Assembly (NCBI GenBank): GCA_016784445.1 | Contig: JADHUR010000003.1 | Location: 2,590-66,589 of the forward strand | Reading direction: 5' to 3' | Length of the DNA stretch: 64,000 nt | DNA from: Patescibacteria group bacterium | Lineage (GTDB): Bacteria > Patescibacteriota > Patescibacteriia > UBA1558 | Shown here: positions 36,758-46,605 of the stretch, piece after piece | Numbering within the stretch: position 1 is the first letter of the stretch | Layout of the letters: the number at the start of each line of letters is the position of its first letter | The notes under the pieces: model-generated | What the model was told of the DNA's origin: nothing | The model's input: the letters and a program-made list of their open reading frames with translations, nothing else | The model's database searches: none | Translations under genes and position numbers: made by a program

Positions 36758-38476
36758 ATGAAATGGAATCTAGCTAAAGCTATTACAAGTAAAGAACTTG
36801 AACAATATCCGGAAGTTAATCCGGTTGTTTTGCAATTATTATTTAATAGGAATCTGCAAGACCAGGAAGAGTTAGATGAATTTATGACACCAGAATATTC
36901 TCAAGATATTCATGATCCATATTTATTTAATGACATGCAAAAGGCTGTAGATAGGCTTATTAAAGCAAGAAAGAATAAAGAGAAGGTTTGTATATTTGGA
37001 GATTATGATGTTGATGGCGTTTGTGGTTCAGTAGTTCTTGCCTCTGCTTTAAAAGAGCTAGGAATAAACTATTTTAGCTATATTCCTCATAGAGATAAAG
37101 AAGGTTATGGTTTAAATGAACTAGCAGTAAATAGAATATCTAAAGAGAAAGCGGATTTAATCATTACAGTAGATTGTGGTATTAGTAATTCTGATGAAGT
37201 AATACTTGCAAAGAAGTTGGGAATAGATACTATTATTACAGATCATCATGATATGCCTAAAGTATTACCAGATACAGTTGCTACTATTCATTGTCGGCTT
37301 CCTGGTGAGAATTATCCTTTTAAGATGCTATCTGGTGGTGGTACTGCTTTTAAGCTAGCTCAAGGACTATTTAGAGCTAAGGAATTTAAACTTAAGGAGA
37401 AAGATATTGAGTCAAAGGAGAAATGGCTTCTCGATTTAGTCGCTCTTAGCACTATTGGTGATATGATGACACTTGTGGGTGAGAATAGAACATTTGTTAA
37501 ATATGGACTAGTTGTATTACAAAAAACTAAAAGACTTGGACTTCAAAAACTATATGAAGGTGCTGGTATTGAGAAAGATAAGATTAGCACGCAAGTAGTT
37601 GGATGGCAGATTAATCCTAGAATAAATGCAGCTGGAAGACTAGAACATGCAAATCTTGCTTTTGATTTACTGACAACAGAGAATGTAGAACAAGCCATTA
37701 TGATGGCCCATCTTTTAAATCAAAGTAATATTGCAAGGCAAAAAGCTACTGAAAGTTCTGTAACAGATGCACTTAATCAAATAAATAAAGAATATGAGGA
37801 AGATGAAGTTCCTAAACAAGCTTTGGTTGTATTTTCTGAAGATTGGCCAGCCGGTATTGTAGGACTAGTTGCTGGTAGACTTGCTCGTAAATACTATAGA
37901 CCAGTTTATGCAATTACAAAGGTTGGTAACAAATATACTGGATCAGGAAGAGGTATTACTGGATTTGATGTTACAGAGGCACTTCATAATTCAGCAAAAC
38001 TTTTAATGAAATTTGGTGGTCATGTCGGAGCTTGTGGTTTTTCTTTAGAACCAGAGAATTTAGTTAATTTTAAAAAAGAGTTGGAGAAATATTCAAATAA
38101 AGAGCTTAGTAAGATAGATTTAATACCTAGTATTGAAGTAGAGGCTGAAATAGATTTAAAGGATTTTACATGGGAACTATTTGAGGCTATTGAAAAGTTT
38201 GAACCATTTGGAGAGGGTAATGAAGAGCCTAATTTCTTAATTAAAGGAGTTAATGTTAAAGATTGGAAGACAGTTGGTTCTGATAGTAAGCATTTGCGTC
38301 TATTTTTAAATAAAGACGGAATGAGTCGTAAAGCTATTGCCTTTGGACTTGGTGAATGGGCTAAGGAATTAAAATTAAATAGTCTGGTAGATATAATATG
38401 TAAAATAGGAGTTAATGAATGGAATGGTAATAGAGAATTACAAATGACTATTCAAGATATGAGAATAATTAAATAA
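36758..38476 (+). CDS. recJ: Single-stranded-DNA-specific exonuclease RecJ
   Basis: DHH motifs: DYDVDGVCG, ITVDCGI, ITDHHD. DHHA1 GGHxxAAG-like GGHVGACGFS. Confidence 0.85.
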   Translation: MKWNLAKAITSKELEQYPEVNPVVLQLLFNRNLQDQEELDEFMTPEYSQDIHDPYLFNDMQKAVDRLIKARKNKEKVCIFGDYDVDGVCGSVVLASALKELGINYFSYIPHRDKEGYGLNELAVNRISKEKADLIITVDCGISNSDEVILAKKLGIDTIITDHHDMPKVLPDTVATIHCRLPGENYPFKMLSGGGTAFKLAQGLFRAKEFKLKEKDIESKEKWLLDLVALSTIGDMMTLVGENRTFVKYGLVVLQKTKRLGLQKLYEGAGIEKDKISTQVVGWQINPRINAAGRLEHANLAFDLLTTENVEQAIMMAHLLNQSNIARQKATESSVTDALNQINKEYEEDEVPKQALVVFSEDWPAGIVGLVAGRLARKYYRPVYAITKVGNKYTGSGRGITGFDVTEALHNSAKLLMKFGGHVGACGFSLEPENLVNFKKELEKYSNKELSKIDLIPSIEVEAEIDLKDFTWELFEAIEKFEPFGEGNEEPNFLIKGVNVKDWKTVGSDSKHLRLFLNKDGMSRKAIAFGLGEWAKELKLNSLVDIICKIGVNEWNGNRELQMTIQDMRIIK

Positions 38477-38481
38477 AATAT

Positions 38482-38898
38482 ATGAGTCATAAACATTTAA
38501 ATTTATTTACAGACGGTGGTTCGAGAGGTAATCCTGGACCAGGGGCATGTGGTTATATTATTAAAACAGATGATGGTAAAATCATTGATTCAGGTAATAA
38601 GTATTTAGGAGAGTGTACAAATAATCAAGCAGAGTATCAGGGGTTAATTTTAGGTTTATCTAAAGTCAAAGAAATGAATACGGAAGCTTTATCTGTCTTT
38701 ATGGATAGTGAGCTTATTATTAAACAACTTTTAAGAGAGTATAAAGTGAAGGATAAGATACTTGCTACTCTTTTTGTTAAAGCTTGGAATTTAGGATTAG
38801 ATTTTAAGAAAACAGACTTTAAGCATGTAGCTAGAGAACTAAATAAGGAAGCGGATGCTGAAGTGAATAAAGCTTTAGATCAGCAAAATTTAGCTTAA
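38482..38898 (+). CDS. rnhA: RNase H (RNase HI-like, RVT_3 type)
   Basis: LFTDGGSRGNPGPGACGY..NNQAEYQGLILGL..D(x)E catalytic pattern. Confidence 0.65.
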   Translation: MSHKHLNLFTDGGSRGNPGPGACGYIIKTDDGKIIDSGNKYLGECTNNQAEYQGLILGLSKVKEMNTEALSVFMDSELIIKQLLREYKVKDKILATLFVKAWNLGLDFKKTDFKHVARELNKEADAEVNKALDQQNLA

Positions 38899-38956
38899 TT
38901 TAAGCATAATTATAACATTGTCATATCAATGTTTTTATGTTATATTAGCACAAGTT

Positions 38957-39979
38957 ATGAAAGAAATAGATACCAACAAATGGGGGATTATTGGACATGA
39001 TAATATAATTTCCTATCTTCGTGTTAGTTTAGAGAGTCATAAGTTTGCTCATGCATATTTAATGGCTGGTCCAGCGCATTTGGGCAAAAAAACTGTTTCA
39101 GGTAAATTTGTTCAAACATTACTGTGCGAGAAGTATATAGAAGATATTAGTGATGATTTAGTACCATGTGGCGCATGTCAGTCATGTAAACATTTAAATA
39201 AGGGTATGCATCCAGATTATTATAGGCTGGAATTGCAGGAAGATAAAAAAAATATATCAATTGAGCAGGTAAGAGATTGGCAAAGACAATTACAGCACAA
39301 ATCTTTTTTAACAAAGTATAAGATTGGATTAATAGTAGGTGCAGAGCATTTATCGATTGAGGCTGCTAATGCACTTCTTAAAACTATTGAAGAGCCAGTT
39401 GGTAATACGATTATTATTCTTATAACAGATGATATAAATCTATTATTACCAACAATAGTATCTCGTAGCCAGGTTTTAAAGTTTAGCTTGGTTTCAGATG
39501 AAACTATATATGATTATTTACAAATGAGAGATTTAGAACATAAAAGTATTCGAGATATTGCTAAATTATCTTTTGGGCTACCAGGTAGGGCTATTGAATA
39601 TTTAAATAATATAAAGCTTCTTGAAGAGAATAAGGCAGAGGTTAAAGAAATAGTAGACTTAATGTCAAAACCAGCTCATGATAGACTAGCTTATTTACAA
39701 AAAATATTTCAGAAACAGGATTTTATAAATTCTCAAAGAATTGCTGATGATATTATGAATAATTTCCTATTAATTACTAGAGAATTATTACTTCACAAAG
39801 AGAATTCAGATAATTGGTATAGATTGGGTTTTGTAGAAGAGGAACTTAAAACTATGGCAAATAATATAGATAAAGATCAGATTATATCTATGATAGACAA
39901 AGTGTATACATGGAAAGATAAAGTTAAACAGAATGCTAGCCCTTTGTTATTTACTGAAGATTTATTTTTAAGTATTTAA
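38957..39979 (+). CDS. holB: DNA polymerase III delta-prime subunit
   Basis: HAYLMAGPAHLGKKT (degenerate Walker A), zinc module CxxC..CxxC, SRSQ sensor. Start set at MKEIDTNKWG, downstream of the track's upstream Met. Confidence 0.7.
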   Translation: MKEIDTNKWGIIGHDNIISYLRVSLESHKFAHAYLMAGPAHLGKKTVSGKFVQTLLCEKYIEDISDDLVPCGACQSCKHLNKGMHPDYYRLELQEDKKNISIEQVRDWQRQLQHKSFLTKYKIGLIVGAEHLSIEAANALLKTIEEPVGNTIIILITDDINLLLPTIVSRSQVLKFSLVSDETIYDYLQMRDLEHKSIRDIAKLSFGLPGRAIEYLNNIKLLEENKAEVKEIVDLMSKPAHDRLAYLQKIFQKQDFINSQRIADDIMNNFLLITRELLLHKENSDNWYRLGFVEEELKTMANNIDKDQIISMIDKVYTWKDKVKQNASPLLFTEDLFLSI

Positions 39980-39983
39980 ATAT

Positions 39984-41036
39984 ATGAGAAATATTAAATT
40001 TTTAATATTATTATTACTAATTGGTATATTTACTACTGGTTGTTTTATAAAAGTTGGTACTTCACCGGTTGGTAAACATGGCGGTGTTTTTGTATCTGAA
40101 GATGCAGGACTTAATTGGGCAAATATATCTAGACTATTATCAGTTGCAGAAAATGCTTCTTTTCTTGGTACAGATATATCAACTATGACTTATGACCCGC
40201 AGGTAAGTTCTACAATTTATGCAGGCACAGTAAAGAATGGTATTTTCTATACATTGGATAGTGGTCGTAGCTGGACACAAACTCTTACAACAGTTGGCAC
40301 TATTTATGATGTAGCCGTTCATCCATATAATAAATGTAATGTATTTGCAGCAACGGGTGGTCAATTATATAGAACATTAGATTGTGCTCGCACTTGGCAG
40401 CCTGTATTGCTTGAGACTAGACCAGATGAAATATTAAACAGATTGGCAATAGATGATAGTGATAGTCCAGTATTATATGCTGGATCTAATATGGGAGCTT
40501 TATATAAATCATTAGACAGAGGTGAATCTTGGCAGTCAATACAATTTTTTGAGTCAGGAGTTGCTGAAATATTAATCGCATCAGATGACTATAATGATAT
40601 ATATATTGGTTTATTTGAAGATGGAATTATGAAATCTACTAATAGAGGAGCAAGTTTTGTAAGTATTACTGAGGATTTACATAAGAAGTATTCTGGATTT
40701 GCAGATTTTCATAAACTTGTAATATCTGAGGAAGATAATAGCCTTGTTTATGCAAATACTTATAGCATTGCAAAATCATATGATGGTGGTAATACATGGA
40801 AGCTTATTAATTTATTAACTCCACCAAGATCTGTATATATTTATGGGCTAGCCGTATCTTCATTAAATAGTGATGTAATATATTACACTTCACATGATAC
40901 GGTATATAAATCTATTGATGGGGGTGCTAATTGGACAACAACAAGCATGCCAACTTCAAAGGTTTTAGATGATTTATTAATTAGTCCTACAAATGATAGT
41001 CTTATCTATGGTGGGGCAGCAAATAAAGTTAAATAA
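39984..41036 (+). CDS. BNR/Asp-box repeat beta-propeller lipoprotein (Ycf48/sialidase-like fold)
   Basis: Lipobox ..FTTGC. At least five S/D-x-G-x-(T/S)-W repeats (SGRSWTQT, CARTWQP, DRGESWQS, DGGNTWKL, DGGANWTT). Confidence 0.6.
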   Translation: MRNIKFLILLLLIGIFTTGCFIKVGTSPVGKHGGVFVSEDAGLNWANISRLLSVAENASFLGTDISTMTYDPQVSSTIYAGTVKNGIFYTLDSGRSWTQTLTTVGTIYDVAVHPYNKCNVFAATGGQLYRTLDCARTWQPVLLETRPDEILNRLAIDDSDSPVLYAGSNMGALYKSLDRGESWQSIQFFESGVAEILIASDDYNDIYIGLFEDGIMKSTNRGASFVSITEDLHKKYSGFADFHKLVISEEDNSLVYANTYSIAKSYDGGNTWKLINLLTPPRSVYIYGLAVSSLNSDVIYYTSHDTVYKSIDGGANWTTTSMPTSKVLDDLLISPTNDSLIYGGAANKVK

Positions 41037-41049
41037 TTAAAAACAATAT

Positions 41050-41607
41050 ATGTCACAAGAATATGCAGCTGAATTAAAAGAGCAAAATGAAAAGGTTTTA
41101 GAATATTTGCAAGGAGAGTTCAAAAATATTAAAACTGGTAGAGCTACACCTTCATTGGTGGAGAATATTAATATTGAAAGTTATGGCATACAAATGCCAC
41201 TTTTACAATTAGCATCAGTTACAGCTCCAGAACCAAATGTTTTGATGGTAAAACCTTGGGATAAGAATAATAGTAAAGATATTAATAAAGCATTATCTTC
41301 ATCAGACTTAGGAGCATCTGTGAGCATGGATGATGATATGATTGTTCTTCGTTTCGCTTCGATTACGGAAGAAAGAAGACTTGAGCTTGTTAAAAAGATT
41401 AAAGAAAAAGCTGAACAGGCTAAAATTAAAGTTCGTGGTAATAGAGATAAGATTAGAGCAATAACCACTGAAGAAGCTAAGGAAAAGGAAATTTCTGAAG
41501 ATGAAAAACATACACGCTTTGAAGATATTGATAAGATGACAAAAGAGATGAACGATAAGATAAAAGAAGCGTCAGATAAGAAAGAGCAAGAAATAATGTC
41601 AATTTAA
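41050..41607 (+). CDS. frr: Ribosome recycling factor
   Basis: RRF match: ..KTGRATPSLVENINIESYG..LLQLASVTAPEPNVLMVKPWDK. Confidence 0.85.
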   Translation: MSQEYAAELKEQNEKVLEYLQGEFKNIKTGRATPSLVENINIESYGIQMPLLQLASVTAPEPNVLMVKPWDKNNSKDINKALSSSDLGASVSMDDDMIVLRFASITEERRLELVKKIKEKAEQAKIKVRGNRDKIRAITTEEAKEKEISEDEKHTRFEDIDKMTKEMNDKIKEASDKKEQEIMSI

Positions 41608-41608
41608 T

Positions 41609-42709
41609 ATGTTCTTTACTATAATTACATTTGCAATTGTACTTGCTGTTATTGTCCTTGTTCATGAATGGGGTCATTTTACAGCTGCTCGTATATTTGG
41701 TGTTAAGGTGGAAGAGTTCGGTTTTGGCTTTCCACCACGTATTTGGGGCAAGAAAAAAGGTGATACCACTTATTCTTTAAATTGGATACCACTTGGTGGT
41801 TTTGTAAAAATTAAGGGTGAAGGTGGAGAAAATAAAGATGATAAAGATAGTTTCTCACATCAAGCTGCTTGGAAGCGTGCAGTAATTTTATGTGCGGGTG
41901 TATTTATGAATATAGTGCTTGCAATTGTACTTCTTAGCATTGGCTTTATGATTGGACTACCTTCTGTTGTTGAGGATGATATGTCTGGAATAGCTGTTTC
42001 GGATCAGAAGATACAAATCGTTGAAGTAAGTCCTGAGACAGTAGCAAGTAGCTTAGATCTTAAAGCAGGGGATGAGATACTTACAATTGACAATCAAAAT
42101 TTTGAGTCTACATTAGCCATGACTGAATATATTAAAAATGATGAAGATGGAATTTTAAATATTGAAATAGCACGTTTGTCTGGTAATCATTCAGTGATTG
42201 CAGATCTTACAGATATTGAGCCAAAAGTATTAGGGGTATATTTAGCAGATACTGGACTTGTTAAATATCCTTGGTGGCAAGCAATTATAAATGGTTTTAA
42301 AGCTACTTGGTTTATTCTTGTGCAAATAGTTGTAGCTTTCTATTCATTACTTAAATCTTTAATACTTGGTACAGGTTCATCATTAGAAGTAGCAGGTCCT
42401 GTTGGAGTAGCAGTAATTACAGGACAGATGGCTAGGCTTGGAATAGCTCACTTATTACAATTTACAGCATTATTTTCATTAAATCTGGCTGTAATTAATA
42501 TTGTTCCATTTCCAGCACTCGATGGTGGTAGATTATTATTTGTTGGTATTGAAAAACTAAGACGTAAGCCAAATAATGAAACAATAGAAACGGTTATACA
42601 TAATATTGGATTTATTATTCTTTTATTATTAATTTTTGTAATTACATATAAGGATATTGCAAAATATAGTGGTCAGATAATGGGTGCTATTGGAAGGTTA
42701 TTTAGTTAA
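41609..42709 (+). CDS. rseP: RseP-family site-2 zinc metalloprotease with PDZ domain
   Basis: HEWGHFTAAR (HExxH). PDZ segment. C-terminal LDGG motif (ALDGGRLLF). Confidence 0.8.
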   Translation: MFFTIITFAIVLAVIVLVHEWGHFTAARIFGVKVEEFGFGFPPRIWGKKKGDTTYSLNWIPLGGFVKIKGEGGENKDDKDSFSHQAAWKRAVILCAGVFMNIVLAIVLLSIGFMIGLPSVVEDDMSGIAVSDQKIQIVEVSPETVASSLDLKAGDEILTIDNQNFESTLAMTEYIKNDEDGILNIEIARLSGNHSVIADLTDIEPKVLGVYLADTGLVKYPWWQAIINGFKATWFILVQIVVAFYSLLKSLILGTGSSLEVAGPVGVAVITGQMARLGIAHLLQFTALFSLNLAVINIVPFPALDGGRLLFVGIEKLRRKPNNETIETVIHNIGFIILLLLIFVITYKDIAKYSGQIMGAIGRLFS

Positions 42710-43005
42710 TGAATTTTAAAGTAAATGCAAAATTACAATACCCCTGGGAAAGATTATTACAGAATGCAGGTTATCATTTACATAGAGATAGTTATGTAAA
42801 AAGATTGAGTGGAGATTTCTACCCGAGATTTCATGTATATATGAAGAATGAAACAGAAGACTTCATTGAACTCAATGTACATCTTGATCAAAGAAGAGGT
42901 GTTCATGAGGGAGTAACCGCTCATGCAGGTGAATATGATAGCCCTATTGTTATTGAGGAGGCAGAGCGCTTAAAGTCTATCTTCGCAAATAATATAATCA
43001 ATTAA
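42709..43005 (+). CDS. Hypothetical protein (98 aa)
   Basis: ORF with ATGA overlap to rseP. No motif. Confidence 0.3.
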   Translation: MNFKVNAKLQYPWERLLQNAGYHLHRDSYVKRLSGDFYPRFHVYMKNETEDFIELNVHLDQRRGVHEGVTAHAGEYDSPIVIEEAERLKSIFANNIIN

Positions 43006-43013
43006 ATTAATAT

Positions 43014-44261
43014 ATGAAACAATCTAAATATTTTATTAAAACAGTAAAAGATATAGCAGCCGATGAAGTTGCTATTAATGCTCAGCTTTTAACAAAAGCG
43101 GGGTATATAGATAAATTAATGGCTGGAGTATATTCATATTTACCACTTGGCGTTAGAGTTCTTAATAATATTAAGCAAATAGTTCGTGAAGAAATGGAAA
43201 AAGTTGGTGGTAATGAAGTTCTAATGCCAGCTTTACAACCAAAGTCATTATGGTCAGAAACAGGTAGATGGGATGAGATTAAAGATGTTCTTTTTCAATT
43301 TAAAGGTAGAGGTGGAACAGATATGTGTCTAGGGCCTACACATGAAGAGAATGTAGTAGATATAGCTAGAAAAAGAGTTTCTTCATATAAAGATTTACCA
43401 TTTGCTCTATTTCAAATACAAGATAAGTTTAGAAATGAACCAAGGGCTAAAAATGGACTTTTAAGAGGTAGAGAATTCTCAATGAAAGATTTATATAGCT
43501 TTCATACAGATATAGAAGATTTAAGAACTTATTATGATAAAGTAAAACAAGCATATTTAAATATGTATGAAAGACTTGGAATGCCAGTTATAGCAGTTGA
43601 GGCATCTGGTGGTTCTTTTTCTAAAGAATTTTCACATGAGTTTCAAACATTAACAGCATCAGGTGAAGATACTGTCTTTCACTGTAGTTGTGGTTGGGCT
43701 CAGAATAAAGAAATTGCTAAAGTTAAAAAAGGTGCTAAATGTCCAGCCTGTGGTGATGGAGTGGTGATGATGAGTAAAGGAATAGAAGTTGGTAATATAT
43801 TTAAATTAAATCAGAAATATTCTAAGACTATGAATTTAATGTTTACTACTGCAGAGGGTAAACAAGAGAATGTATTTATGGGTTGTTATGGTTTTGGCGT
43901 ATCTCGAGCAATTGGTGCTATAGTTGAAATATCTCATGATAAAGACGGAATTATATGGCCAAAGAATGTCACACCTTTTCAAGTTCATCTATTATCTTTA
44001 GGAACAGATAATAAGGTATTAGAAGAAGCAGAAGAAGTATATAAAAAATTAAAGAAGGAGAATATTGATGTATTATATGATGATAGAGATGAATCTGTTG
44101 GTGTAAAATTAAAAGAAGCAGATTTAATTGGTATTCCATTGAGACTTATTGTAAGTAATAAGACAAATGGTTTAATTGAATATAAAGAAAGAGCATCAGA
44201 TGATGCTCGTAAAGTAGCTGTAGATGATGTAATTAAACTGGTTAAGAAATATTATGTTTAA
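43014..44261 (+). CDS. proS: Prolyl-tRNA synthetase, short form lacking the INS editing domain
   Basis: Class II motifs: motif 2 FRNEPRAKNGLLRGREFSMKDLYSFH, motif 3 GCYGFGVSRA. Cys cluster CSCGW..CPACGDG. Confidence 0.8.
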   Translation: MKQSKYFIKTVKDIAADEVAINAQLLTKAGYIDKLMAGVYSYLPLGVRVLNNIKQIVREEMEKVGGNEVLMPALQPKSLWSETGRWDEIKDVLFQFKGRGGTDMCLGPTHEENVVDIARKRVSSYKDLPFALFQIQDKFRNEPRAKNGLLRGREFSMKDLYSFHTDIEDLRTYYDKVKQAYLNMYERLGMPVIAVEASGGSFSKEFSHEFQTLTASGEDTVFHCSCGWAQNKEIAKVKKGAKCPACGDGVVMMSKGIEVGNIFKLNQKYSKTMNLMFTTAEGKQENVFMGCYGFGVSRAIGAIVEISHDKDGIIWPKNVTPFQVHLLSLGTDNKVLEEAEEVYKKLKKENIDVLYDDRDESVGVKLKEADLIGIPLRLIVSNKTNGLIEYKERASDDARKVAVDDVIKLVKKYYV

Positions 44262-45303
44262 AAAATTATTTAGACAATTATCTAAAGATATGGGTATAGA
44301 TTTGGGTACAACCAATACTCTTGTTTATGTTAAAGATAAAGGTCTAATTATTAATGAACCATCTATTGTTGCATTAAATAATAGAACTGATCAAATACTT
44401 GCTGTTGGTGAAGAAGCACAGCGTATGATTGGTAAAGCACCTGCATATATATCTGTAACAAGACCAATTATTGCAGGAATTATTTCAGATTTTGAAGTAA
44501 CAGAGAAAATGATAAAACATTTTATTGATAGGGTGCATAGAGAAAGTAATTCATTATTACCAAGGCCAAGAGTAATTATTGGTATTCCATTAGATGTTAC
44601 TGAAGTAGAAAGAAAAGCTGTAGAAGATGCTACAATGGGTGCTGGTGGTTCAGAGGTGTATTTAGTAGAACAACCTATGGCAGCAGCAATTGGAGCACGC
44701 ATGCCCATACAAGAACCTATTGGTAATATGATAGTACAACTTGGTGGTGGTACTACAGAAGTTGCTGTTATATCACTAGGTGGTATTGTAACCTTTACAT
44801 CACTTAAACATGGTGGTTTAAAATTGGACCAGAATATTATTCAGTATATTAGAGAGAATTTCAATTTATTACTTGGGGAAAGAACAGCAGAAGATGTAAA
44901 GAAAAATCTAGGAAATGTATTTCTAGAAGGTGCATCTAAAGAACAAAAGGTTCGTGGTAGAGATTTATATACAGGACTTCCTAGAGAGGTAGATGTGTCT
45001 GCTGCTCAAATTAAAGAAGCAATTATTGGAGATATTAGAGAATTAATTGAACATATTAGAGATACTTTAGAAAAAACTCCCCCAGAGCTTGTTGCTGAGA
45101 TTTACCAGAAAGGTATTATTCTATCTGGTGGCGGTGCATTATTGGGGGGTTTAGATAAATTAATTGCTAAAGAATTAAAGATTCCAGTTAAAGTAACAGA
45201 TGATCCATTAACATCAGTTGTTCGTGGTACAGGTCTTATCATGGAAGATTTTGATAATTTGAAAGATATATTATTACCACCTGCGGGTGATATGATTAAT
45301 TAA
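44254..45303 (+). CDS. mreB: Rod-shape protein MreB
   Basis: GIDLGTTNTLVYV, actin-fold phosphate motifs. Followed by mreC and mreD. Confidence 0.85.
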   Translation: MFKKLFRQLSKDMGIDLGTTNTLVYVKDKGLIINEPSIVALNNRTDQILAVGEEAQRMIGKAPAYISVTRPIIAGIISDFEVTEKMIKHFIDRVHRESNSLLPRPRVIIGIPLDVTEVERKAVEDATMGAGGSEVYLVEQPMAAAIGARMPIQEPIGNMIVQLGGGTTEVAVISLGGIVTFTSLKHGGLKLDQNIIQYIRENFNLLLGERTAEDVKKNLGNVFLEGASKEQKVRGRDLYTGLPREVDVSAAQIKEAIIGDIRELIEHIRDTLEKTPPELVAEIYQKGIILSGGGALLGGLDKLIAKELKIPVKVTDDPLTSVVRGTGLIMEDFDNLKDILLPPAGDMIN

Positions 45304-45304
45304 T

Positions 45305-46099
45305 ATGATAACTGGCGTTTCTAGAACAGTATTGATCATTAGTATTATTGTAGCACTACTTATCCTACATTATGCTAATCTATTAAAATGGGTGGAAACA
45401 CCTCTTTTAAATATTTTAGCTCCTGTACAAAAAACAGTATATGGAGGTGGTTCTTCAAATTATGGCTTTTTATATAATTATACTCAATGTGATAATTTAG
45501 CAGGTGAAAATGAGACATTGCAAAGTCTTTTGACAACAAAAGATATTGATCAAATGGAACTCTCTGAGCTTAAGCGTGAGAATGAATATTTAAGAGAGGA
45601 ATTAGAGTTTATCAAAAGAGAGGGTAGTAATGTTTTAATTACACATATTATTAGTAAGCCATTACTGCAAAATGATTTATTTATTATAGATAAAGGAAGT
45701 GATGATGGTATTAAAGTTGGTCAACCGGTACTTGCTGATCAAGGAGTACTTATAGGAAAGATATTTGCGGTAGAGAAATATCAGGCAAGCGTATCTCTAT
45801 TATCTAATAGTAATTCAACTGTAGCTGTTACTTTAAATAATAATACTCATACTCAAGGTGTGGTTCAAGGTAGTATGGGCTTGAGTCTTCTTATGGATTT
45901 AATTCCACCAGAGGAGATTATTAATTTAGATGATTTAGTATTCACATCAGGACTTGAAGATTTGATTGGGCAAAATTATTTAATTGGTAAAATAGTAAAT
46001 ATTTTATCTGGTGAGACAGAGCTATATCAGAAAGCAGAAGTTATTCCTAGTATTGATTATAGGCAATTACGTATTTTAACAGTTGTTTTATCTGAATAA
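45305..46099 (+). CDS. mreC: Rod-shape protein MreC
   Basis: N-terminal TM, coiled coil, C-terminal beta domain. Position between mreB and mreD. Confidence 0.6.
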   Translation: MITGVSRTVLIISIIVALLILHYANLLKWVETPLLNILAPVQKTVYGGGSSNYGFLYNYTQCDNLAGENETLQSLLTTKDIDQMELSELKRENEYLREELEFIKREGSNVLITHIISKPLLQNDLFIIDKGSDDGIKVGQPVLADQGVLIGKIFAVEKYQASVSLLSNSNSTVAVTLNNNTHTQGVVQGSMGLSLLMDLIPPEEIINLDDLVFTSGLEDLIGQNYLIGKIVNILSGETELYQKAEVIPSIDYRQLRILTVVLSE

Positions 46100-46605
46100 T
46101 GAGATGGATTAATTACAGTTTGCTAATAATAGGCATTTACTTATTGGTAGTATTGCAAACAGCTTTTTTTACCGCTTGGGGAATTTGGGGTGCTATGATG
46201 CACCCTGTTTTATGGTCTATAATATATTTTAATTTCTTTTCTAAAAAGAATTTATGGCTACTTATTATACTGGGTGGTTTTATGTTAGATATTGTAGGTT
46301 TAAGTTTTGGTATGCATTTAATTGCATTGGCTATTTCAGCTATGTTTTTAAATTTCGTACATCGTTATCATTTAGCAATTAGTAATTTATTTAGCTGGAT
46401 ATTGAGTAGTTTAGCTGGAATTATTTCCTATTTATTTGCATTATTCATATTGAATCATAGTGTAGGAATAATTTGGCAATGGCCAGAGATAGCAGCTCTA
46501 TCCTGGGAAAGAGCATTTATGTTTACATTCCTTAATTTAATTGCTCTTATTATAATTTTCGCTTTCTATAAATTATATATATACATTTCAAATGTCAGAA
46601 GATAA
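46099..46605 (+). CDS. mreD: Rod-shape protein MreD (polytopic membrane protein)
   Basis: 168 aa with 5 TM helices, by position after mreC. Confidence 0.5.
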   Translation: MRWINYSLLIIGIYLLVVLQTAFFTAWGIWGAMMHPVLWSIIYFNFFSKKNLWLLIILGGFMLDIVGLSFGMHLIALAISAMFLNFVHRYHLAISNLFSWILSSLAGIISYLFALFILNHSVGIIWQWPEIAALSWERAFMFTFLNLIALIIIFAFYKLYIYISNVRR

